A stretch of DNA of 43,061 nt from Candidatus Fervidifonticultor quintus (GTDB lineage Bacteria > Sysuimicrobiota > Sysuimicrobiia > Sysuimicrobiales > Humicultoraceae). Every line of letters starts with the position of its first letter. Within the stretch, counting starts at the first letter, position 1. The stretch lies in NCBI GenBank assembly GCA_031459535.1, contig JAVKIJ010000017.1:1-43061 (forward strand), written 5' to 3'. Both the position numbers and the translations under genes were made by a program. Shown one piece after another: positions 36,074-43,061 of the stretch. Below the pieces are notes generated by a model, which was given only the letters and a program-made list of their open reading frames with translations, had not been told where the DNA came from and ran no database searches.

Positions 36074-37044
36074 GGCGTGCGAACCTCCTGGCGGTGACGG
36101 GCGGACCGGCGCAGTGCGGCGGCGATCAACCGGTCCACCAGCACCGGAAACTCGATCCCCGCGGCGCGCGCGGCCTTGGGAAACAGGCTGCCCTCGGTCA
36201 GTCCCGGAATCGTATTCACCTCGAGCACCACCACATCGGCCTCGCGCACGAACAGGTCCACGCGGGCGAAATCGGCGCAGCCGAGCACGCGGTAGGCACG
36301 CACCGCCGCGGCCTGCGCGCGCCAGACCGCCCCGGCCGGCACGCGGGCCGGACAGATCTCCTCGGCGGCGCCCGGTGTGTACTTGGCTTCATAGTTGAAG
36401 AACTCCCGCTTCGGCACGATCTCGACCAGCGGCAGCGGCAACGGGCTGCCGCCCTCGTCGTCGTCGAGAACGGCGCAGGTGAGCTCCGTGCCGCGCAGGT
36501 ACTCCTCGATCAACACCGCCCGGTCCAGCGCGAAGGCCGCCTCGAGCGCTGGCTCCAGTTCTCCGGCCTCGTGCACGATGCTGACGCCGATGCTACTGCC
36601 CTGGGCGTTGGGCTTGACGACGCAGGGGAATCCCAGCGCCTGCTGGATCTCGGCGGCCAAGGACCGGCTCCGCTCGGGGTACGCCTCGCGTTCGACCGCA
36701 AGATAGCCAGGTGTCGGCACGCCGTTGAACCCGAGGAGCTGTCGCGAGCGACGCTTGTCCATGGCGAGCGCGCTGGCCAGCACCCCGGAGCCCGTGTACG
36801 GGACGCCGGCAAACTCCAGCAGGCCCTGCAGGCAGCCGTCCTCGCCGTACGGGCCGTGCATGGCGATGAACGCCACGTCGAGGTCCGGCGGCGGGAACCA
36901 CGCCCCATCGCGCGGCACGACCAGCGGGACGGCGTCGTAGCGCGCGGGGTCCAGCGCCGCCAGGACGCGGCGGCCCGAGGCCAGCGAGATGTCGTGCTCG
37001 GGCGAAGGCCCGCCCATCAATACACCCACGCGGATCCGGCTCAC
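36070..37044 (-). CDS. ddl: D-alanine--D-alanine ligase
   Basis: GG.S.EH..S, HG..GEDG, MDK, KP...GSS.G, NYEAKY, RVD, EVNTIPG; AGGAGG RBS before GTG 37044. Confidence 0.92.
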   Translation of the reverse strand: MSRIRVGVLMGGPSPEHDISLASGRRVLAALDPARYDAVPLVVPRDGAWFPPPDLDVAFIAMHGPYGEDGCLQGLLEFAGVPYTGSGVLASALAMDKRRSRQLLGFNGVPTPGYLAVEREAYPERSRSLAAEIQQALGFPCVVKPNAQGSSIGVSIVHEAGELEPALEAAFALDRAVLIEEYLRGTELTCAVLDDDEGGSPLPLPLVEIVPKREFFNYEAKYTPGAAEEICPARVPAGAVWRAQAAAVRAYRVLGCADFARVDLFVREADVVVLEVNTIPGLTEGSLFPKAARAAGIEFPVLVDRLIAAALRRSARHRQEVRTP

Positions 37045-37078
37045 GGGGCACCTCCTGGGAGTCCGGCCTGATTGCGGT

Positions 37079-38026
37079 TCACGAAGACATCTCCGGCATC
37101 CGGCGTCGGGCCCGCCAGGCCGCGATGCGCTCGTGCAGCAGCGCCACCGCGCCCTCGCTGAGGACGCTGGCAAACGGAATGGCGCGCGCGCCGGGCGGGA
37201 GGCGGTCGCGGATGCGATCCAGCACCCGCGGCGCGGCCAGCACCACTTCGCTCCGGGCGAGTGTGGCGGCTAAGCCGACAGGGTCGTCGAGCGTCGCCGT
37301 CTGCAGCCGCGGTGTGCGCAGGCCGACCGACGCCAGCGACCGGGCCTTGCTGAGCACGCCCTCACGCGTGGCGCAGACCAGGGCGACGCTCTGTGTGCGC
37401 GGCAGCCGCGCGACCTGTTCCAGCGTGGCGAAGTCCGGCAATGCCATGAGCCCGACCACCTCGAGCCCACCTGACCGGGCCCGCGCCTCTTCCACGTGGA
37501 AAAACGTGGTCGCCACCAGGTCGACATCGGCCAAGTGAGCGGGGAGGTCCTGGAGCGGTATCGGGACCACCGGCACCTCCACGGCGTCGCGCACCAGGCG
37601 GGAGAAGTAGGCCAGGTCCACCGCGTTGCACTCAGCGAATCCCAGGCGTGGTCGATGGAGGCTGCGGCGCCGACCCGCACGAACCGTGATCGTCGCGATC
37701 AGGTCGTCGAGGGAGAGCCTGCTGGCGGCGGCCGAAGCCAGGAGCCGGTCGATCTGCGCCACCAGGACCTGCGGTGGCCGCGCGGGCGGCGCCCAGACGA
37801 CAAACGTGCCGCGCCCGGGCGTCGCCTCCAACACGCCCTCGCCCTCGAGTTCGGCGTAGGCGCGCGCCACCGTGTTGCGGTTGACGCGCAGGAAACCGGC
37901 CAGGGTGCGCACCGGCGGCAGCCGCGTGCCGACCGGCAGGTGCCCGGCGGCGATCTGGTGGCGGACCTGCGCTTTGAGCTGGTCGGTCAGGGAGACGGAG
38001 GTGTGACGGTCGAGGACCACGCGCAT
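37079..38026 (-). CDS. GntR (YtrA-like) transcriptional regulator with extended C-terminal domains
   Basis: G.RLPPVR.LA..L.VNRNTV.RAY..L...G....GRGTFV winged HTH. Confidence 0.9.
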   Translation of the reverse strand: MRVVLDRHTSVSLTDQLKAQVRHQIAAGHLPVGTRLPPVRTLAGFLRVNRNTVARAYAELEGEGVLEATPGRGTFVVWAPPARPPQVLVAQIDRLLASAAASRLSLDDLIATITVRAGRRRSLHRPRLGFAECNAVDLAYFSRLVRDAVEVPVVPIPLQDLPAHLADVDLVATTFFHVEEARARSGGLEVVGLMALPDFATLEQVARLPRTQSVALVCATREGVLSKARSLASVGLRTPRLQTATLDDPVGLAATLARSEVVLAAPRVLDRIRDRLPPGARAIPFASVLSEGAVALLHERIAAWRARRRMPEMSS

Positions 38027-38030
38027 GAGA

Positions 38031-38053
38031 TTGTCCCAGACGGACTAGGACAA
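38031..38053. promoter_or_regulatory. Palindromic operator, probable GntR/YtrA binding site
   Basis: TTGTCCCAG-ACGGA-CTAGGACAA near-perfect inverted repeat 4 nt upstream of the GntR ATG. Confidence 0.7.
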
Positions 38054-38082
38054 GTATGCAGGGGGCTGGTCGCAGCCGTCAA
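38053..38082 (-). promoter_or_regulatory. Sigma70-type promoter for the GntR operon
   Basis: TTGACG-N18-CATACT; the predicted start site falls inside the palindrome. Confidence 0.55.
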
Positions 38083-38173
38083 CCCCACAGGCGCGGCGTC
38101 GCGCCAGCAGGTGACAGTCTACGGCACCAGCGAAGACCCGTCGCGTGATTGGAGCGACTTGGGGGCACGGACC

Positions 38174-39280
38174 ATGCGGGTGACGCGGATCGAAGTCTAC
38201 GGGTACGACCTGCACTACATCGGGGTCGAGTATGTCATGTCCGGCGGCCGGGCGGTGCGGGCGCTGCCGTCCACCGTGGTACGCATCATGACCGACCAGG
38301 GCATCGACGGCTGGGGCGAGACGTGTCCCCTGGGGCAGACCTATCTGCCAGCTTTTGCCGAGGGCGCTCGCGCTGCGCTGCGCGAGTTGGCCCCCGCCCT
38401 CATTGGAACCGATCCGCGCAACCTGGCCATGGTCTGGGAGCGCCTCGACCGCACGCTGCGCGGCCACCTGTACGCCAAGAGTCCCCTCGACGTCGCGTGC
38501 TGGGATCTGCTCGGCAGGGCCACCGGACAGCCGCTGGCGACCCTGCTCGGCGGCCGACGCCAGGAGCGCTACCCACTCTACGTGGCAATCCCCCTGGGAT
38601 CCGCCGACGAGATGGCGGCGCACGTCCTGGCCCAGCGCGCGGCGGGAATCCACCGGTTCCAGCTCAAGATCGGCGCGGATCCCCGGGAGGACGCGGCGCG
38701 CGTGCGGCACGTCGTGGAGGTCACCGACGCGGACGACGTGGTCATCGCCGATGCCAACGGCGGCTGGCGCGTCCAGGACGCCATCACCGCCGCCCGTCTG
38801 CTCGAACCGCTGGAGCGCGTCTACCTGGAGCAACCGTGTCCGACCCTCGAGGAGTGCGCTGCGGTCCGCCGGACCACCACTTTGCCCATGATCTGCGACG
38901 AGATCGTCACCGACACGCCGTCGTTGCTGGCGGCGGTGCAACAGGCCGGCGCCAGCGGCGTCAACCTCAAGATCAGCCGCGTCGGAGGCCTGTCGGCAGC
39001 CCGGATCATCCGCGATGTCTGCGAAGCCCTGGGCACGTCGCTCACGATCGAGGACACCTGGGGCGGCGACCTGACCACGGCCGCCGTCAGCCATCTGGCT
39101 GCCACCGTGCGGCCGGAGTTGCTCTTCACGGTCTCGTTTATGAACGACTGGACCCGGGAACACATCGCTGGCTACCAGCCCCGCTCGCGCGACGGGTGGG
39201 GTGCGCCGCCGTCGGGATCGGGTCTGGGCGTGGAGGTCGACGTTGAGGCGCTCGGCCGCCCGCTCTTCATCGCAGAGTGA
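38174..39280 (+). CDS. Enolase-superfamily (MR/MLE) enzyme, cis-3-hydroxy-L-proline dehydratase-like
   Basis: GWGE.CP, FQLKIG (QxK), DAN, EQP, DE, NLK.S and IEDTWGG motifs. Confidence 0.8.
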   Translation: MRVTRIEVYGYDLHYIGVEYVMSGGRAVRALPSTVVRIMTDQGIDGWGETCPLGQTYLPAFAEGARAALRELAPALIGTDPRNLAMVWERLDRTLRGHLYAKSPLDVACWDLLGRATGQPLATLLGGRRQERYPLYVAIPLGSADEMAAHVLAQRAAGIHRFQLKIGADPREDAARVRHVVEVTDADDVVIADANGGWRVQDAITAARLLEPLERVYLEQPCPTLEECAAVRRTTTLPMICDEIVTDTPSLLAAVQQAGASGVNLKISRVGGLSAARIIRDVCEALGTSLTIEDTWGGDLTTAAVSHLAATVRPELLFTVSFMNDWTREHIAGYQPRSRDGWGAPPSGSGLGVEVDVEALGRPLFIAE

Positions 39281-39305
39281 CGTCCCGGGCGTGCGGAGGC
39301 ATCCC

Positions 39306-39700
39306 ATGGCACAGAAGGCGATCGAGGTCATCCTCATGCGTCACCTGGCAGGCTACCTCGCGCTCCCCATCTTCGTGGTTGACTCGGCGGGAACGCTGTT
39401 GTTCTACAACGAGCCCGCCGAGGCACTGCTGGGCCAGCACTATGACGAGGCCGGCGAGATGCCGTTCGAGGACTGGTCCACTGTGTTCGTCCCGCAGGAC
39501 GATGCGGGCGCGCCCGTGCCCCCAGAATCCCTGCCTCTCGCCGTCGCGCTCCGCGAGCGCCGACCGGCCCACGGGCGCCTGCGCATCGTCGGTCTGGACG
39601 GCGTGCGGCGGGCCATCGAGATCGTGGCCTTTCCCCTCGAAGGCCAGAGCGGCCGGCACGTGGGCGCCGTGGCGCTGTTCTGGGGGTTGGGGCGCCGTGA
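39306..39700 (+). CDS. Stand-alone PAS domain protein (stop codon displaced by an apparent 1-nt deletion near 39685)
   Basis: PIFVVD..G.LLFYN..AE.LLG ... GAVALFW; adding one base gives W-x-V-G-A-P-TGA overlapping the next GTG. Confidence 0.75.
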
Positions 39701-40553
39701 AGGTCAGCCTGTGGGGCACGCGGGGGCCACTGCCGTGCCCAGGTCCCGAAACCATCCGCTACGGCGGCAACACGCCATGCGTGGAGGTGCGCCAGGGGGC
39801 CTGCGGCCTGCTCGTCCTGGATGCGGGCTCCGGGATTCGCCGCCTCGGCTCGCACCTGGACCGCAGTATCACCCGACTCGACATCCTCCTCACGCACCTT
39901 CACATGGATCACATCCAGGGCCTGGGGTTCTTCGACCCGCTCTACTGGCCCGGCCTGGACGTCCACATCTGGGGCCCGGCGTCGCCGACCCGGGATCTCC
40001 GCACCCGGCTGTCGCAGTATCTGTCGCCGCCGCTGTTCCCCGTGCGCATCCGCGACCTGCCCTGCCGCCCCCATTTCCACGATGTACCCTTCCACCCGTT
40101 CGTCATCGGCGGGTTCGAGGTGCGAGCGGCATCGGTGTGCCACCCGGCCCCCCGATGGGGTACCGCGTGAGCGCGGGCCCGGTCTCAGTGACATACATTC
40201 CTGACCACGAACCGGTCCTGGGAGGACCATCGTTCCCGTCCGAGCCCGAGTGGATATCCGGCTGGGAGCTTGCTCGCGGCGCCGACCTGCTGATCCATGA
40301 TGCCCAGTACACCGCCGCCGAGTACGAGAACAGGGTCGGCTGGGGCCACTCCGCGATCTCAGACACCCTGGCCTTTGGGGAGGCGGCAGGCGTCGCGCGC
40401 CTGGTCCTCTTCCATCACGACCCGGCTCACTCCGATGAGGTGCTGGACGCCATGATGCGCGATGCCCGGACATCGGCGCCGGCAATGGACCTGATCCCGG
40501 CCAGGGAAGGCGAGAGCTTCGACCTCGACCCGGAGGCCCCAGCGCGCGCGTAG
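39697..40553 (+). pseudogene. MBL-fold metallo-hydrolase, frameshifted near 40147-40154 (pseudogene or sequencing indel)
   Basis: WGTRG...YGGNT.C, LDAGSG, HLHMDHIQG in one frame; GYR...DHE, LIHDAQY, WGHS, LFHHDP in the -1 frame. Confidence 0.8.
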
Positions 40554-40571
40554 AGCCGCTGGCGGGACCGG

Positions 40572-41462
40572 CTACCGCGCGGAGGCCGGCGCCGTGGCCA
40601 CCTCGCCCAGGCCGTCTGCCAGCACCGCCTTGCCGTCGGGGTTCAACGTCTCGAATCCGAACGTCGCGCGACCCTCGTGCTGACCCGCAGGCCAGATGTG
40701 CGTGGTGATGGTCTGGCCCGGGAATACGGGGCGGGCAAAGCGCACGGCCAGGCGCACGAGGCGGCGCGGGTCGTCCTCGCACGCGGTCCGGATGACCGCA
40801 CGGCTGGCGAACGCCATGGTGCACATGCCGTGGACGATGATTCCCGGCAGTCCGACCGAGCGAGCGAACGCCGGGTCGAGGTGAATGGGGTTGCGGTCGC
40901 CCGAGGCGTCAGCGTAGCGGTACGTCTGGTCGGGATCCACCGCATGGGTCACGGTGCGGACCCTGCCCTCGGATCTCGCCGAAGCCTTGAACACCGCCGG
41001 CAGCCGGTGGTCAGGAGCATCCTCTCCGGACCCCGGGCCGTTGAGCTTCCGGCGAAACAAGAGCGTCACATACTGCTCGACGAGCAGCTCGCCGTCGTCG
41101 TTGCGGGTCTGTGCCTTGATGACCACCGTCGCCCCCAGCGGCGTGGCTTGCACACCGATGGGTGCCGCGCGGGTGTGCAGGACTATGCCCGGGCTGATCG
41201 GCCGGTGGAAGCGCATGTCCTGGCCGGCGTGGAGGCCCCAGCGGCGATCTTCAACGGCCACCATGCCATCCAGCGCCCGCGCCACGTGCTCGCTGACCGG
41301 CACCACCGCGAACAGCGGGGGTGCCAGGACCCCGCGGGCGTAGAGGGGGTGGTCGTCGTTGGTCGCCGCGGCGAAAGCCCGTACCCGCTGTTCGGTGACC
41401 TGAAACCGTGTCTCGTCCGTCCAGCGGCCGATCCGTTCGAGGCCCACGTGCATAGTCGCCAT
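40572..41462 (-). CDS. MaoC-family double hot-dog dehydratase/hydratase
   Basis: FAAATND..P and YADASGDRNPIH.D..FA...GL...I.HG, RFARPV.PG. The start is uncertain (41453, 41462 or 41507). Confidence 0.88.
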   Translation of the reverse strand: MATMHVGLERIGRWTDETRFQVTEQRVRAFAAATNDDHPLYARGVLAPPLFAVVPVSEHVARALDGMVAVEDRRWGLHAGQDMRFHRPISPGIVLHTRAAPIGVQATPLGATVVIKAQTRNDDGELLVEQYVTLLFRRKLNGPGSGEDAPDHRLPAVFKASARSEGRVRTVTHAVDPDQTYRYADASGDRNPIHLDPAFARSVGLPGIIVHGMCTMAFASRAVIRTACEDDPRRLVRLAVRFARPVFPGQTITTHIWPAGQHEGRATFGFETLNPDGKAVLADGLGEVATAPASAR

Positions 41463-41531
41463 ATGTTCAACCGTTCGGGCGGTGTCGTATAATCCCTCCG
41501 TATGCACAGGGATCCGCAGGGCCCACCGCCG

Positions 41532-42248
41532 ATGGCCGGGGTGATCTTCGACATCGGCGGGACACTGATCTATCCCGGAACGTCAGACGAGGACTGCATC
41601 CGGAACCTGACCGCGTGGCTGATCGAGCAGGGTTGGCCCGAGCACGTCGAGGACGCCATCCGCGAAGCTCGCGGGTGGGTCCTGCGCAGCACCGCGCAGG
41701 CCGGCCGCCAGTTCACCATGCAGGAAGGCATCAGACGGGCGCTGTCGCGCTTCGACCGGGGTGCACCGGACGCCGGATTCATCGAGGCCGCGGAGTACGT
41801 GTTCTTCGAGCCCGAACTGGCCGGCTACCGGCCGTTTCCGGGCGCGGTGCGGCTCCTGCACAGTCTCAAGCGGGCCGGGCTGAACCTGGCGTGCATCTCG
41901 AACGCCACGTCCCACTGGCTCATCGAGCGCATCGTGGACCTGATGGGCTTCAGGCCGTTCTTCGACCCGGTCGTCTCGTCGGCCGGGTTCGGGCGCACCA
42001 AGCCCGACCCGCGCATCTTCCGTTACGTCCTGGAGACCTGGGGCCTGACCCCGGAACGGGCGGCCATGGTGGGCGACTCGCTCCTGGCAGACATCGCCGG
42101 CGGCAGGAGCGCCGGGCTGCGGACCCTCTACGTCACCATGCGACCCAGCCTCGACAATGCCCATCACCGTCACATCGTTGCGGACGCCGAGGCGGGCTCG
42201 CTGGCCGAGGCCCAGCGGATCCTCCTGGGCTGGGCCGGCGTGGAATAG
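41532..42248 (+). CDS. HAD-superfamily hydrolase
   Basis: FDIGGTL, ISN, KPDP.IF, MVGDSL.ADI.G; TATAAT at 41488-41493 upstream. Confidence 0.9.
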   Translation: MAGVIFDIGGTLIYPGTSDEDCIRNLTAWLIEQGWPEHVEDAIREARGWVLRSTAQAGRQFTMQEGIRRALSRFDRGAPDAGFIEAAEYVFFEPELAGYRPFPGAVRLLHSLKRAGLNLACISNATSHWLIERIVDLMGFRPFFDPVVSSAGFGRTKPDPRIFRYVLETWGLTPERAAMVGDSLLADIAGGRSAGLRTLYVTMRPSLDNAHHRHIVADAEAGSLAEAQRILLGWAGVE

Positions 42249-42263
42249 CCGGATCTCGGGAAA

Positions 42264-42272
42264 TGGTACTAT
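42264..42272 (+). promoter_or_regulatory. Extended -10 (TGGTACTAT) for the OMP gene
   Basis: Same 9-mer as the rib operon promoter. Confidence 0.5.
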
Positions 42273-42324
42273 GGACCACGGGGACGGTTCGTCCGGCCAA
42301 CACAACGAGAGCAGGGAGGACAGT

Positions 42325-43014
42325 ATGCGCAGTCTCCTCATCGCACTGACGATCGCCGCGGTCATTGCCGCAATGGCCGTGCCAGCCGAGGCGCAGACGA
42401 ACGGATATCAGAGTATTTTCCAGCTTCGCTACTGGGGCAGCGGTCTCGCATTCGGCAATCCGGCGCCGCCCTCCGCGACGGACTCGGGGTCCGGATGGGG
42501 CCTTACGCTCCGGGTGGATTCGAGGACCTCGCCGTGGTCGTTCAGCGCTCGCTATGACTCCCTGAGCATTACACCAACGAACTGGGTGTGGAACGGCGCC
42601 TCGATGTACGATGCCAATGTGCACTACCGGTTCGGGCCGAGCCTCGACCAGTACATCGGGATCTTCGCGGGGTACGGCTATGTCTCACCGGCAGACACGA
42701 CTGGGTTGGCCGTCAACATCGGGTCGGCGTCTGGTCTGCGGTATGGCGCCGAGTTCCTCTGGCGCCAGCCCTCCGGCCTGTACCTGACCGGGGATGTCGC
42801 TTTCGGGTCGTGGAGCACCACCGGTGGCGCCGGTTGGGGACCCAGCAGCATTACCGACTACCGCCTCGCCGTGGGATTCGAGTTCCAGGGCGGCTGGGGC
42901 GTCGAAGGCGGCTATCGGTACCTGTCCTGGCGGGTTGGGGCGGGCGGTGGATGCCCGGCTGGCTGCGAGTGGCAGTTCAGTGGCGTGACCGCGGCCCTGA
43001 CGTTCCGGCGGTAG
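42325..43014 (+). CDS. Outer-membrane beta-barrel protein
   Basis: GGAGG RBS, signal peptide ending AEA|Q, alternating amphipathic aromatic strands (GVEGGYRY), final strand ALTFRR. Confidence 0.75.
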   Translation: MRSLLIALTIAAVIAAMAVPAEAQTNGYQSIFQLRYWGSGLAFGNPAPPSATDSGSGWGLTLRVDSRTSPWSFSARYDSLSITPTNWVWNGASMYDANVHYRFGPSLDQYIGIFAGYGYVSPADTTGLAVNIGSASGLRYGAEFLWRQPSGLYLTGDVAFGSWSTTGGAGWGPSSITDYRLAVGFEFQGGWGVEGGYRYLSWRVGAGGGCPAGCEWQFSGVTAALTFRR

Positions 43015-43037
43015 GGCTGCCCACGACGGGGCCCTAC
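43011..43037 (+). terminator. Possible terminator hairpin after the OMP gene
   Basis: GTAGGGC...GCCCTAC stem, but no U-tract. Confidence 0.3.
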
Positions 43038-43061
43038 CCCGACGCCCGCAGCGCCTGATCG

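Noticed and set aside
39201-40553. 450-aa PAS-MBL fusion ORF from the track
   Set aside because: The middle third is out-of-frame sequence; the MBL HxHxDH motif lies in another frame.

Overview
A GC-rich (roughly 70%) bacterial chromosomal window, probably from a diderm because it encodes a beta-barrel outer-membrane protein. From left to right it contains: the left end of an IS1182-family element; a protein-disulfide oxidoreductase whose active site is an in-frame UGA (U-P-H-C) followed by a SECIS-like hairpin, i.e. a selenoprotein the ORF track splits; an operon of an HTH protein, a Zn-ribbon protein, two Cys-less thiolase-fold proteins and two DUF35 proteins; an ECF sigma/zinc anti-sigma/Spy-CpxP-like triad; Mn-type sodA; creatininase and amidohydrolase genes; ribD-ribE-ribBA-ribH under an FMN riboswitch carrying an extra hairpin; an M28 peptidase; proS-exonuclease-ybaK; a locus of two PrsW proteases flanking two duplicated proline-rich membrane-anchored proteins, with a polytopic membrane protein and its pseudogenised paralog; a type IV minor-pilin cluster ending in a 789-aa, 20-Cys PilX-like protein; plsC-like, terC and gltA; a GntR-ddl-dapF-apgM-MFS operon in which DapF has Ser at both catalytic Cys positions; an enolase-superfamily enzyme; a frameshifted PAS/MBL pair; a MaoC dehydratase, a HAD hydrolase and the OMP. 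A spaced motif G(C/G)AGG-N19-GAA recurs just upstream of six genes (a seventh copy has N20) and looks like an alternative-sigma promoter. All calls come from reading motifs by eye; no database searches were run.
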